DNA of 64,000 bases from Flavobacteriaceae bacterium (GTDB lineage Bacteria; Bacteroidota; Bacteroidia; Flavobacteriales; Flavobacteriaceae). The DNA lies in NCBI GenBank assembly GCA_049609325.1, contig JBMYYK010000002.1:10382-74381 (forward strand). The letters are read 5' to 3'. The notes beneath the pieces were generated by a model, which worked only from the letters and a program-made list of their open reading frames with translations, did no database searches and had not been told where the DNA came from. The position numbers and the translations under genes are program-made. This document shows, in pieces, positions 10,213 through 20,335 of the stretch (positions within the stretch are counted from its first letter, which is position 1; every line of letters begins with the position of its first letter).

Positions 10213-10413
10213 TTTTATATTATTAAATTATGTATTCATTTTTATTTACGCTTAGCTAATGTCAATTTGTATGCCAAGTGAAATAATATGACATGGTGTC
10301 AGTTTTTATTTTTCAGCAAATGCGTTAAAACTTACCATGAAAACTCATTCAAAAATATATATTTGCTAACTTTGAATACGCTCTATTATAAAGTATGAGC
10401 AATGTATTTATTA

Positions 10414-10421
10414 TAGGTTTG
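10414..10421 (+). promoter_or_regulatory. -7 box TAGGTTTG upstream of sdaA
   Basis: Exact TAnnTTTG 19 nt before ATG 10440. A second box, TATATTTG, lies at 10358-10365. Confidence 0.45.
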
Positions 10422-10439
10422 TATTAAAAAATAAGTGCA

Positions 10440-11858
10440 ATGGAAAGAATTAGTGTTTTTGACATGTTAAAAATTGGTGTAGGACCTTCAAGTTCACACA
10501 CATTAGGACCTTGGCGTGCAGCTGAGCGATGGATTAATGAGTTGAAAACGTCTAATGAATTCAATCAAATTATAAGCATACAAATAGACTTATACGGTTC
10601 ATTATCTTTAACCGGTAAAGGACATGCTACAGATTATGCCGTGTTACTTGGTTTAAGTGGCGCAGATCCAGAGCATGTGCCAGTAGAAGATATTCAGGGA
10701 ATAATAGATCAAATAAAACATACAAATACGCTTGATTTTAATGGCGAACGTGCGTTGGTGTTTCATACCAAACAAATTGTTTTTAATAAAGAATTTTTAC
10801 CATTTCATTCCAATGGCTTAACATTTACAGGAAAAACCATTACGGGAAAAACCATTACATCTACATTTTATTCTATTGGAGGCGGTTTTGTAATTAAAGA
10901 ACATGATGATATTGCTAGTGAAACGGTTGATCAATTAGATTTTCCTTTCCCGATACAAAAAGCAACCGAACTTTTAGAACACTGTACTGCTCAAAACAAG
11001 ATCATCTCAGAAATTGTTTTAGAAAACGAGAAATCATTACGCTCAGAAGATGACATAGACACTCAATTGTCACGTATCTGGAATACCATGCAAGAATGCA
11101 TGTATATCGGGTGTCATTCAGAAGGGTTTTTACCTGGTGGATTAAATGTGCGCAGACGCGCATTTGATTTACACAAAAAACTGAAAAAGAATTTCGATTA
11201 TGACGGTCCAGAAAACTGGATGCAAAGCATACGTAAAACCGAAGTTAAATTCAGAGAAATTCTAAAATGGGTAGACTGCTATGCGTTAGCTGTGAATGAA
11301 GTTAACGCCTCATTAGGTAGAATTGTTACGGCGCCAACAAACGGCTCAGCAGGAGTTATTCCGTCTGTATTGATGTATTATATGACCATTGAAAATCACG
11401 ACGCTACATTTAAAGACATCAAGCAGTTTTTATTAGTTGCTGGAGAAATTGGCAGTTTATTTAAAAAGAATGCCACCATATCTGCAGCTATGGGAGGCTG
11501 TCAGGCAGAGATTGGCGTATCGTCTGCAATGGCAGCAGCAGCATTATGTGAGCTTCTAGGTGGCTCTCCTGCTCAAGTATTAATTGCCGCGGAAATTGCT
11601 ATGGAACATCACCTCGGTTTAACCTGTGACCCTATTGGCGGTTTAGTTCAAATACCGTGTATTGAACGTAATTCTATGGGGGCAATAAAAGCTATTAATG
11701 CCGCAGAAATGGCATTAGATAGAGACCCTGCGCATGTAAAGGTACCTCTTGACAAAGTTATAGCAACAATGTGGGACACGGCACAAGACATGAATTTAAA
11801 ATACAAAGAAACCTCCGAAGGAGGCCTTGCTATTTCTGTTAATATGGCCGATTGCTAA
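10440..11858 (+). CDS. sdaA: L-serine ammonia-lyase, iron-sulfur dependent, single chain
   Basis: 472 aa. ISVFDMLKIGVGPSSSHTLGP N-terminus and APTNGSAGVIP alpha-domain motif. Confidence 0.93.
   Translation: MERISVFDMLKIGVGPSSSHTLGPWRAAERWINELKTSNEFNQIISIQIDLYGSLSLTGKGHATDYAVLLGLSGADPEHVPVEDIQGIIDQIKHTNTLDFNGERALVFHTKQIVFNKEFLPFHSNGLTFTGKTITGKTITSTFYSIGGGFVIKEHDDIASETVDQLDFPFPIQKATELLEHCTAQNKIISEIVLENEKSLRSEDDIDTQLSRIWNTMQECMYIGCHSEGFLPGGLNVRRRAFDLHKKLKKNFDYDGPENWMQSIRKTEVKFREILKWVDCYALAVNEVNASLGRIVTAPTNGSAGVIPSVLMYYMTIENHDATFKDIKQFLLVAGEIGSLFKKNATISAAMGGCQAEIGVSSAMAAAALCELLGGSPAQVLIAAEIAMEHHLGLTCDPIGGLVQIPCIERNSMGAIKAINAAEMALDRDPAHVKVPLDKVIATMWDTAQDMNLKYKETSEGGLAISVNMADC
10830..10859 (+). 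repeat. 15-bp in-frame tandem duplication inside sdaA
   Basis: ggaaaaaccattacG / ggaaaaaccattacA encodes GKTIT-GKTIT. Confidence 0.9.
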
Positions 11859-12310
11859 TCGCCGCAATTTTTACGTCTTGTATCTAATATGGATACAATT
11901 TTCCATTGCTTATCCTGATAGAACAGTTGAAAAGAATTGGCTCCACAATGACTTAACATGCCATTTAAATAAAAATTATACGGGCACCATACTTGTGCCA
12001 AATCACCATCTATTTCATAGGTAAAAGACAACAACTCTTCTTCCCAATTTCTCAATTTTGCATATTGTGCAACTAACTTTACAAAACCATCAACATCTTG
12101 TGATACAAGAGACTGTTTACCGTCTTTATTGGGTTGAATACTTTGTAAAGTCATTTTAGGATGCATCACTGAGCGCATTTTTAAAGAGTCTGATTGATGA
12201 AATCCGTCAAAAAATGTTTCAATTGCATATTTAACCTTATACTCTTCTGCAGTTTGTGAAAACCCTAAAAAACTTGTAATTAACAATACAATTACTAACT
12301 TTATTTTCAT
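11855..12310 (-). CDS. NTF2-like (SnoaL/lumazine-binding-like) secreted protein
   Basis: 151 aa with a signal peptide. FFDGFHQSD...W and WKIVSILDTRR are typical of NTF2-fold proteins. It overlaps the sdaA 3' end by 4 nt (convergent). Confidence 0.7.
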   Translation of the reverse strand: MKIKLVIVLLITSFLGFSQTAEEYKVKYAIETFFDGFHQSDSLKMRSVMHPKMTLQSIQPNKDGKQSLVSQDVDGFVKLVAQYAKLRNWEEELLSFTYEIDGDLAQVWCPYNFYLNGMLSHCGANSFQLFYQDKQWKIVSILDTRRKNCGD

Positions 12311-12332
12311 AATTTTCTTTCTTTGATTCTCT

Positions 12333-12340
12333 CAAATGTA
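12333..12340 (-). promoter_or_regulatory. -7 box (TACATTTG on the minus strand) for the NTF2-like gene
   Basis: The plus strand reads CAAATGTA, 22 nt upstream of the start at 12310. Confidence 0.5.
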
Positions 12341-12423
12341 ATCAATTATCATTCCTTAGATGATTATTTAACAAATAATATAGATTCTTTAATGAACTTA
12401 TAACTATTGCTAAACTAAATTAG

Positions 12424-12431
12424 TAATTTTG
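12424..12431 (+). promoter_or_regulatory. -7 box TAATTTTG for panB
   Basis: Exact consensus 21 nt upstream of ATG 12453. Confidence 0.55.
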
Positions 12432-12452
12432 CTGTTCATAAATCTCATTAAA

Positions 12453-13271
12453 ATGTCAGTAGCTAAAAAAGAATACAAAAGAGTAACGGTTAAATCATTA
12501 GTTGATATGAAAAAGAATGGAGAGAAAATCTCTATGCTAACTTCTTATGATTATACCATGGCTAAAATTGTTGATGGCGCCGGTACAGATGTTATTTTAG
12601 TTGGTGACTCTGCATCAAATGTTATGGCGGGTCATGAAACCACCTTACCAATAACGCTAGACCAAATGATATACCATGCCTCTTCTGTAGTTCGTGCAGC
12701 TAAAAGAGCATTGATTGTGGTTGACTTACCTTTTGGAAGCTACCAATCTGATCCAAAAGAAGCTCTACATTCTTCTATAAAGATTATGAAACAATCTGGC
12801 GGACATGCTATCAAGTTAGAAGGTGGTAAAGAGATTAAAGAATCTGCCAAACGTATCTTAAACGCTGGAATTCCTGTGATGGCTCATTTAGGTTTAACAC
12901 CGCAATCTATCTATAAATTCGGAACGTATACGGTAAGAGCTAAAGAAGAGGAAGAAGCTGCAAAGCTTAAAAAAGACGCATTAATGTTAGAAAAACTAGG
13001 ATGTTTTGCTCTTGTTTTAGAGAAAGTTCCTGCCAAACTTGCACAAGAAGTTGCAAAAAGTTTAACCATTCCTGTAATAGGTATTGGTGCTGGTAATGGT
13101 GTAGACGGACAAGTTTTAGTTACTCATGATATGGTAGGTATGACACATGAATTCAACCCACGTTTTTTAAGACGTTACATGAATTTATATGAAGATATGA
13201 CCTCAGCAATTGAGCAGTATTGTAGCGACGTAAAATCTGTTGATTTCCCTAATGAAGAGGAGCAGTATTAG
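12453..13271 (+). CDS. panB: 3-methyl-2-oxobutanoate hydroxymethyltransferase
   Basis: KISMLTSYDY, VGDSASNVMAGH and IKLEGG motifs. I chose the start at ATG 12453 because the TAATTTTG -7 box lies at 12424-12431, inside the longer track ORF. Confidence 0.93.
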   Translation: MSVAKKEYKRVTVKSLVDMKKNGEKISMLTSYDYTMAKIVDGAGTDVILVGDSASNVMAGHETTLPITLDQMIYHASSVVRAAKRALIVVDLPFGSYQSDPKEALHSSIKIMKQSGGHAIKLEGGKEIKESAKRILNAGIPVMAHLGLTPQSIYKFGTYTVRAKEEEEAAKLKKDALMLEKLGCFALVLEKVPAKLAQEVAKSLTIPVIGIGAGNGVDGQVLVTHDMVGMTHEFNPRFLRRYMNLYEDMTSAIEQYCSDVKSVDFPNEEEQY

Positions 13272-13978
13272 TGAATAAGCCTATTAAAACGTTATCTACT
13301 AAACATAATCTTCAAGTTCTTTTTGAAGACAATCATATTATTGCCATTAATAAACGTGCTGGTGATTTGATACAGGGCGATAAAACTGGAGATATACCCT
13401 TACCAGATGTCATAAAAGCCTATTTGAAAGACAAGTACAATAAAGCTGGTAACGTGTTTTTAGGTGTGGTACATCGTTTAGATCGCCCAACAACTGGCAT
13501 TGTAGTATTTGCCAAAACGTCAAAAGCCTTACCTCGTTTAAATAAATTATTTGCAGAAAAAACTGCTCAAAAAACCTATTGGGCTGTTGTTAAAAGCCAT
13601 CCTCCAAAACAAAACGACACTCTCATACATTGGTTGAAAAAAAATCCTAAAAACAATAAATCTACGGCATATAAATCTGAAGTTGATGGTTCTAAAAAAG
13701 CTATCCTACACTATACTTGTTTAAAACAACTTAACAATTATAGTTTATTGGAAATCAATTTAGAAACTGGAAGACATCATCAAATCCGATGTCAACTAAA
13801 CACCATTGGATGCCATATAAAAGGCGATTTAAAATACGGTGCTAAACGTAGTAATAAAGATGGCGGCATACACCTGCATGCAAGGCATTTAGAATTTATA
13901 CATCCTGTAAAAAAAGAGCTTGTAAAAATTACAGCGCCATTACCTAAAGATCCTATTTGGGAGGTTTGTGAAAATTAG
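13271..13978 (+). CDS. RluA-family pseudouridine synthase
   Basis: 235 aa. Catalytic HRLDRPTTG and TGRHHQIR motifs. The GTG start overlaps the panB stop by 1 nt. Confidence 0.88.
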   Translation: MNKPIKTLSTKHNLQVLFEDNHIIAINKRAGDLIQGDKTGDIPLPDVIKAYLKDKYNKAGNVFLGVVHRLDRPTTGIVVFAKTSKALPRLNKLFAEKTAQKTYWAVVKSHPPKQNDTLIHWLKKNPKNNKSTAYKSEVDGSKKAILHYTCLKQLNNYSLLEINLETGRHHQIRCQLNTIGCHIKGDLKYGAKRSNKDGGIHLHARHLEFIHPVKKELVKITAPLPKDPIWEVCEN

Positions 13979-15510
13979 CCTAACCAACCTTCACGATCTA
14001 AACTTCTGTATTGTATTGCTTCGGCTATATGAGTACCATTAATAGTTTCATCACCTTGTAAATCTGCAATAGTTCTTGAAACTTTTAGTATTCTGTCATA
14101 AGCCCTAGCTGATAAATTCAGTTTTTCCATTGCCGTTTTCAACAATTGTTTTGATGCATCATCAAGCACACAGTACTTGCGTATTTGCTTCACATTCATT
14201 TGCGCGTTATAATGAATATTAGCCAAGGTTCTAAAACGTTGCGTTTGTATTTGCCGTGCGTTTATGACTCTTGCTCTTATGACAGATGACGATTCCGATT
14301 TATCTTCTTCAGTCAATTTCTCAAATGGCACCGGAGTCACTTCTATATGAATATCAATTCTGTCTAATAACGGTCCTGATATTTTCCCTAAATAACGCTG
14401 CATCTCTGCAGGAGATGAACTTACAGGATTAGTTCCATCGTTAAAATATCCACTCGGACTTGGGTTCATACTAGCTACCAACATAAAACTACTGGGATAG
14501 GTTACTGTAAATTTTGCTCGTGAAATGGTGACTTCTCTATCTTCTAAAGGCTGGCGCATTACTTCAAGAACTTCTCGTTTAAACTCTGGCAGTTCATCTA
14601 AAAATAACACTCCATTATGTGATAATGATATTTCTCCAGGTTGTGGGTAGCTTCCACCTCCTACTAAAGCCACATTTGATATCGTGTGATGCGGGCTACG
14701 AAACGGCCGTTGTGTCATTAACCCTGCATCTTTTACTTTACCCACTACACTATGAATTTTTGTAGTCTCTAAAGCTTCGTGCAACGTCATAGGCGGTAAA
14801 ATAGATGGTAAACGTTTGGCCAACATTGTTTTACCCGATCCGGGTGGCCCAATGAGGATGATATTATGTCCCCCAGCGGCTGCAATTTCCATACAACGTT
14901 TAATAGATTCTTGTCCTTTAACATCTGAAAAATCAAATTCAGGGAAATTCAAACCTTTTGAAAACTCCTCCCGTGTATCAATAACCGTAGGTTCTAATTT
15001 GTGTCCTTTATCAAAAAACTCAATTACCTCTAAAATATTATCAACACCATATACCTCAAGGTCATTAACAATTGCGGCTTCTTTCACATTACTTTTTGGA
15101 AGAATAAACCCTTTAAACCCTTCCTCTCTTGCTTTTATTGCAATTGGTAATGCACCACGTATGGGTTGTAAACTTCCATCTAAAGAAAGTTCACCCATAA
15201 TTAAATACTCATTAATAGTTTCTGATTTAATCTGACCTGATGCCGCAAGAATTCCCATAGCTATGGGCAAGTCATAAGCACTGCCTTCCTTACGCATATC
15301 TGCAGGTGCCATGTTTATGGTTATGCGTTTACCCGGTATTTTAAATTGATTGTTTTGTAGTGCAGCAGCAATTCGGTAATTACTTTCTTTTATAGCGTTA
15401 TCTGGTAAACCAACCAAATGATATCCAACACCTTTTACAATATTAACCTCAATAGTTATAGTAGTGGCTTCTACACCAAAAAATGCACTCCCAAAAACTT
15501 TTACAAGCAT
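13975..15510 (-). CDS. comM: YifB/ComM family Mg-chelatase-like ATPase
   Basis: MLVKVFGSAFFGVEATTITIEV, Walker A GPPGSGKTM and GVLFLDELPEF. The start could instead be 15516. Confidence 0.92.
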   Translation of the reverse strand: MLVKVFGSAFFGVEATTITIEVNIVKGVGYHLVGLPDNAIKESNYRIAAALQNNQFKIPGKRITINMAPADMRKEGSAYDLPIAMGILAASGQIKSETINEYLIMGELSLDGSLQPIRGALPIAIKAREEGFKGFILPKSNVKEAAIVNDLEVYGVDNILEVIEFFDKGHKLEPTVIDTREEFSKGLNFPEFDFSDVKGQESIKRCMEIAAAGGHNIILIGPPGSGKTMLAKRLPSILPPMTLHEALETTKIHSVVGKVKDAGLMTQRPFRSPHHTISNVALVGGGSYPQPGEISLSHNGVLFLDELPEFKREVLEVMRQPLEDREVTISRAKFTVTYPSSFMLVASMNPSPSGYFNDGTNPVSSSPAEMQRYLGKISGPLLDRIDIHIEVTPVPFEKLTEEDKSESSSVIRARVINARQIQTQRFRTLANIHYNAQMNVKQIRKYCVLDDASKQLLKTAMEKLNLSARAYDRILKVSRTIADLQGDETINGTHIAEAIQYRSLDREGWLG

Positions 15511-15588
15511 AAACAAATTATTAAAAATGAATTTGGGGAATTACTAAGTTACACTAATTTTCAATAACATGCTAGTTATATAAAACAC

Positions 15589-15612
15589 GAAAGGCGCCAT
15601 AAAGCGCCTTTC
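15589..15612 (-). terminator. Terminator after dsbD (end of the recQ-pabB-tilS-dsbD run)
   Basis: GAAAGGCGCcataaaGCGCCTTTC hairpin 20 nt past the dsbD stop. Confidence 0.65.
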
Positions 15613-15634
15613 ATAATAATAAATCATCTATTCT

Positions 15635-17704
15635 TTAGTTTTTATAATTATCAACTCCTTCTTTTAGCCACGATGCATACACCTCTACATCAGACGTATA
15701 ACCTATTGGTGCGTTTAGTTGATGTTCTGAATTATCTAACAACACATAGTAAGGTTGTGCGTTAGCTTTATAGTGTACCGTTTGAAAATCACTCCATTTA
15801 TTACCAATAGTTTCAATTGATTTTCCTGTAGTTTCAGACACGTATTGTTCAGATTCTGGTAACTCACGCTTATCATCTACATATAATGAAATTAGCACAA
15901 ACTCATTATTGATTAAATTAAATACTTCCGGTTCAGACCATACGCGCTCCTCCATTTTCCTACAGTTTACACATGCATGACCTGTAAAGTCTAATAATAC
16001 AGGTTTACCAACCTGTATTGCATAAGCCATTCCTGTTTCATAATCATGAAATGCTAAAATATCATGCGGGCCTAAATGCGCGCCTTCTGGAAGTTCAGCA
16101 TGGTTAACGCTACTTTGCCCTAGTTTTGTAAACCCAACTCCATACGGGCTTTCACTATACTGCATTGGAGGTGGAAATCCGCTAATCAATTTTAATGGCG
16201 CCCCCCATAATCCAGGTATTAAATATATGGTGAATGTTAACGTGATTAATCCTAACATTAATCGTCCTACAGATATACTCTGTACAGGAGAATCATGTGG
16301 TAATTGAATTTTACCGAATAAATAAAACGCTAACGCTCCAAAAACCGCAATCCAAATTGCAATAAATACTTCACGTTCTAAAAAGTGTCCTTGCACAACT
16401 AAATCAGCGTTAGATAAAAATTTAAATGCTAATGCCAATTCTAAAAACCCTAAAACAACTTTTACAGTATTCAACCATCCTCCAGATTTTGGCAAGGAAT
16501 TCAACCAACCAGGAAACATTGCAAACAACGTAAACGGTAAGGCTAATGCTAATGAAAATCCTAACATTCCAACAAATGGCGCAATACCTCCTTTAGATGC
16601 CGCTTCTACTAAAAGTGTTCCCACAATTGGCCCTGTACACGAAAATGACACAATGGCTAAGGCTAAGGCCATAAAAAAGATACCTATCATTCCTCCTCTA
16701 TCTGCCTGACTATCTACTTTATTAGCCCAAGAATTAGGCAGCATGATTTCAAACGCTCCAAGAAATGAAAACGCAAAAACTATTAATAAGATAAAGAATA
16801 TGATGTTAAACCATACGTTTGTTGATAGCGCATTTAAGGCATCAGCCCCGAACGCCCAAGTGACAATTGCCCCAAGGAACACGTATATAAAAATAATGAA
16901 TAACCCGTATATAATAGCATTTCTTATCCCTGCAGCTTTACTTTTACTTTGCTTAGTAAAAAAACTCACAGTCATCGGAATCATCGGAAATACACATGGT
17001 GTTAACAAGGCCGCAAACCCTGACAAAAATGCTAAGAAAAAGATTGTGAATAAGCCTTTCTGTTCGTTAGATGTATTTACTAAAGTGTCACTTATTTCCT
17101 TTTTTTCTGTATCTACTTTATCATCAACAGGTAATTTTAATGTGAACTTAGTATCAGCTTTCTTTTTTGCCTCTTCATGACGTTTAGTTTCTTCTTTTGA
17201 AAGAATTGAATACTGGTCTTTTCCGTCATCAACTTTACTGGCTGTAGATAAATCAAATTTAAGTTTTACCTCATCAAACAAGCATTTTTCATCATCACAA
17301 GTTTGGAAAGACACCTCTCCTTCTATTGATTTCAATGATACATCTAATAATTTAATGCGCTGTACCAATGTAGCAGAATGATCAAAAAAGCGCATGTCCA
17401 TTTCAAACACTTTGTCATACAAAATTACCGTTTCACTCTCTGCTGCTTTTTCAGAGGTCAATTCAAATGTTTTTCCTAATTGAGTTTCATCATAAATCAA
17501 TTCAGTTGGCAATGCCCCACCTTCTGGTAAATGTTGAGAGTATAAGTGCCAATGATCTTCAACCGTAGCCTTGTAAATTAAATTAAACTCTGTATCAGAA
17601 ATTTTCTCGACTGCTCCTGTCCATTTTACAGGGGTTACAATTTGTGCTTGTACGAAACTAAAACTTATTAATATTATTAATACGCTTAATATTTTTTTCA
17701 TCAT
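15635..17704 (-). CDS. dsbD: Thiol:disulfide interchange protein DsbD (N-domain, cytochrome c biogenesis-type membrane core, C-terminal thioredoxin)
   Basis: 689 aa. Signal peptide, LLTPCVFPMIP and SFSCTGP membrane Cys motifs, C-terminal HACVNC thioredoxin CxxC. Confidence 0.9.
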   Translation of the reverse strand: MMKKILSVLIILISFSFVQAQIVTPVKWTGAVEKISDTEFNLIYKATVEDHWHLYSQHLPEGGALPTELIYDETQLGKTFELTSEKAAESETVILYDKVFEMDMRFFDHSATLVQRIKLLDVSLKSIEGEVSFQTCDDEKCLFDEVKLKFDLSTASKVDDGKDQYSILSKEETKRHEEAKKKADTKFTLKLPVDDKVDTEKKEISDTLVNTSNEQKGLFTIFFLAFLSGFAALLTPCVFPMIPMTVSFFTKQSKSKAAGIRNAIIYGLFIIFIYVFLGAIVTWAFGADALNALSTNVWFNIIFFILLIVFAFSFLGAFEIMLPNSWANKVDSQADRGGMIGIFFMALALAIVSFSCTGPIVGTLLVEAASKGGIAPFVGMLGFSLALALPFTLFAMFPGWLNSLPKSGGWLNTVKVVLGFLELALAFKFLSNADLVVQGHFLEREVFIAIWIAVFGALAFYLFGKIQLPHDSPVQSISVGRLMLGLITLTFTIYLIPGLWGAPLKLISGFPPPMQYSESPYGVGFTKLGQSSVNHAELPEGAHLGPHDILAFHDYETGMAYAIQVGKPVLLDFTGHACVNCRKMEERVWSEPEVFNLINNEFVLISLYVDDKRELPESEQYVSETTGKSIETIGNKWSDFQTVHYKANAQPYYVLLDNSEHQLNAPIGYTSDVEVYASWLKEGVDNYKN

Positions 17705-17713
17705 AATACGACT

Positions 17714-19021
17714 TTAACTTCTTATTATTTTTAATATGCTTTTAGTGTCTTTACCTACTTTAAATCGGTTATCTGCTCGTTTACTAACAACCCAAATAAT
17801 GGTGTCATTGGCATCACAAAGCAACCAACAGTTTTCTTTTTCTGGCAAAGACATTTTCTCGTCTTTAAAATATTTACTCAACTTCTTTTTTCCCTTCATG
17901 CCAAACGGAAAAAACACATCGCCATCTTTCTTTTTTCTTATACACAACGGATATTTAAGCTTCTCTGCATCCACAAAAATAGCATCTATTGTTGCTTTCT
18001 CTACTGTAGAGACATTTGAAAATTGTAACTGAATAGGTGTGTATAACTGTTCAGTACCTTGAGTAATCTCAAATGTTTCATCTTGTAAATGTACTTTGTT
18101 TTCTTCTAACAATAAGTAATCTCGGTCTTTAATCAACCGGTGTGTTTCTGACAGCACTATTTTACCAGATTGAGCCAAACATAAGTCTGCCACATTTTGC
18201 CATTCAGTAAAATTATATTCACTTAAAATATGACGTAAATACACCTCGATATTTTTATACATCAACAGTTTTTTTACATCAATTTTTAAATGCTCATCAA
18301 AAATACAGACTTCAGATTTTACAGCATCTAAATGATCTGTTAAAACTTCACGTTCTTTTTTCAAATAACTCAAATGGGTATTGAACGTAGAACTTAAATT
18401 TGGATTTAAATCTTCAAATACTGGAATAACTTTATGTCTAATTTTATTCCTAAAATATTTAGTGGATTGATTGGTTTCATCTTCTCGCCAAATTATTTTT
18501 TCTTTGATGGTAAACTCTTCGATATCTGCTCTTGTAAACGGCAATAACGGCCTGACGATATAATTGTTTTTTTCAGGTATACCGGTTAAACCATGTATAC
18601 TTGTCCCTCTAATTAAATTAATCAAAACCGTTTCAATATTATCATTGGTATGGTGTGCTGTGAGTACATAATCATATTCATGTTCATTTAGTAAACTTTC
18701 AAACCATTGGTAACGCAATGTTCTAGCTGCCATTTGAGTAGATACACCAAGTGCTTCAGCATATGATTGGGTTTGAAACTCAACTGAATGATCGCTGACT
18801 TTTAATTCTTTGGCTAATGTTTTTACAAAAGCAGCATCTTTATCAGATTGATCTTGACGCAGTTTAAAATTGCAATGTGCTAATGAAAAATTCAATTGCA
18901 TTTGACTGCATAAATGCGCCAATACAACACTATCAATCCCGCCGGAAATGGCTACCAATAACTTTGCGTCTTTTAAAAACGGTAAGTTTTGATGGATGTG
19001 TGTTGTAAACTTTTTCAACAT
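17714..19021 (-). CDS. tilS: tRNA(Ile)-lysidine synthetase
   Basis: 435 aa. PP-loop LLVAISGGIDS and TAHHTNDNIETVL. Confidence 0.92.
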   Translation of the reverse strand: MLKKFTTHIHQNLPFLKDAKLLVAISGGIDSVVLAHLCSQMQLNFSLAHCNFKLRQDQSDKDAAFVKTLAKELKVSDHSVEFQTQSYAEALGVSTQMAARTLRYQWFESLLNEHEYDYVLTAHHTNDNIETVLINLIRGTSIHGLTGIPEKNNYIVRPLLPFTRADIEEFTIKEKIIWREDETNQSTKYFRNKIRHKVIPVFEDLNPNLSSTFNTHLSYLKKEREVLTDHLDAVKSEVCIFDEHLKIDVKKLLMYKNIEVYLRHILSEYNFTEWQNVADLCLAQSGKIVLSETHRLIKDRDYLLLEENKVHLQDETFEITQGTEQLYTPIQLQFSNVSTVEKATIDAIFVDAEKLKYPLCIRKKKDGDVFFPFGMKGKKKLSKYFKDEKMSLPEKENCWLLCDANDTIIWVVSKRADNRFKVGKDTKSILKIIRS

Positions 19022-19027
19022 AACTTG

Positions 19028-20326
19028 TTAACTCAATAACGCTTCACGCATTGCTTTGGCTTTAATTAAACATTCTTGATATTCTGCCTCAGCGGTAGCC
19101 TTAGCTGTTATTGCACCACCTACTGAATAAGAGACATATTGATTTGATGCGTTATATAATATGCTTCGTATTATCACATTAAAATCAAAATCATTGTCAG
19201 GAGTAAAATAACCTACGGCTCCAGAATACACCCCTCGTTTGGTATCTTCTAAAGTTTCAATAATTTTCATTGCAGATACTTTTGGTGCCCCAGTCATACT
19301 ACCCATTGGAAATGTTGTTCTGATAATTTCAACCGGACTTTTAGTATGCTCAACACATGAGGTTACTGTACTTATCATTTGATGTACTTGATTAAAAGAA
19401 TACACTTTACATAATTCCGGTACTTTCACACTTCCCTTTGTCGCCGTTTTTGATAAATCATTTCGTACCAAATCAACAATCATGATATTTTCTGAACGCT
19501 CCTTTTCATCATGCTCTAAATTGTATTTTAATTTGGCATCTTCTGTTGCATTTTCCGAGCGTTTTGCTGTACCTTTAATTGGTTGAGACACAACTGTTGT
19601 TCCATTTTTTTTCAGGTATCGTTCAGGTGAAGCTGATAGTAAATACTTATCATCTAATTTTAAAAATGTAGCAAATGGTGAATTTGAAATTCTATTCAGT
19701 TTTTGATAAACTCTTAATGGGTTGATAACCGTCTGCTCAGCGTAAAACTCTTGACAAAAGTTGACCTCATAAATATCACCTCGTAAAATATGTTTGTGGA
19801 TGGTCTCAAACTTTTCAAAATAACTATCCTTAGACATGCGAAGTTTAATTTTCACTTCTTTGTTATCCGTTTCAATATTTTCAAACAGATTTTGTGGATC
19901 AAGTATCTCAATCAAATCAGACTCTAATTCATCATCAACTGCATTCAAGTATTGCAGTTCAAGGGTATCGTTTTTTATTAAAAAAACTTTCTTTGGTTGA
20001 AAGAAAAACAGTTCCGGAAAATTTAAACCATCAAAATTTTGAGAAGTCAGCTGCTCTGTGTCGTTTTTTAAGTCGTAACTCAAATAACCAAACAACCAGT
20101 CATTAGTTAATGCTTGATATTCTTTTAATTTATCAAAGGCCTCAAAACTATCTGTTTGTAATACGGTAAATGCATCAATTGCTAACACCGCATCATAATT
20201 GGTGTGCTGTAAATCATGATGATTAGAGTCTAGCCAAACAACCTCTCTAAATTGCGCACTCCATTGGAGTAATCTTTCTTTTATACGATGTCCTTGTTGT
20301 AAAGGAATTTTCTTATGAACTCTCAA
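19028..20326 (-). CDS. pabB: Aminodeoxychorismate synthase component I (chorismate-binding enzyme family)
   Basis: 432 aa. [23 protein letters not shown] and [10 protein letters not shown] motifs. PabB versus TrpE is assigned from the short N-terminus and the lack of trp neighbours. Confidence 0.8.
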   Translation of the reverse strand: MRVHKKIPLQQGHRIKERLLQWSAQFREVVWLDSNHHDLQHTNYDAVLAIDAFTVLQTDSFEAFDKLKEYQALTNDWLFGYLSYDLKNDTEQLTSQNFDGLNFPELFFFQPKKVFLIKNDTLELQYLNAVDDELESDLIEILDPQNLFENIETDNKEVKIKLRMSKDSYFEKFETIHKHILRGDIYEVNFCQEFYAEQTVINPLRVYQKLNRISNSPFATFLKLDDKYLLSASPERYLKKNGTTVVSQPIKGTAKRSENATEDAKLKYNLEHDEKERSENIMIVDLVRNDLSKTATKGSVKVPELCKVYSFNQVHQMISTVTSCVEHTKSPVEIIRTTFPMGSMTGAPKVSAMKIIETLEDTKRGVYSGAVGYFTPDNDFDFNVIIRSILYNASNQYVSYSVGGAITAKATAEAEYQECLIKAKAMREALLS

Positions 20327-20335
20327 AGAACTATA

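Noticed and set aside
8462-10255. Long plus-strand ORFs (119 and 122 aa) inside dnaK
   Set aside because: They are antisense shadow ORFs of a highly conserved gene. Their composition is low-complexity Ser/Ala/Phe-rich, and they have no promoter box or independent start context.
11855-11858. Convergent gene overlaps (sdaA/NTF2-like 4 nt, rluA-like/comM 4 nt at 13975-13978, yigZ/thioesterase 12 nt at 32383-32394)
   Set aside because: Short 3' overlaps are common in compact genomes. They are noted for possible antisense read-through, but nothing points to a specific mechanism.
12429-12452. N-terminal extensions of track ORFs: panB 12429, slyD 58314, LMW-PTP 34439, DUF1569 8264, fabH 63053 and the MGMT-like gene 6353
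   Set aside because: The extensions contain the gene's own -7 promoter box or an upstream terminator hairpin, or they overlap the upstream gene. Conserved N-termini begin at the internal Met.
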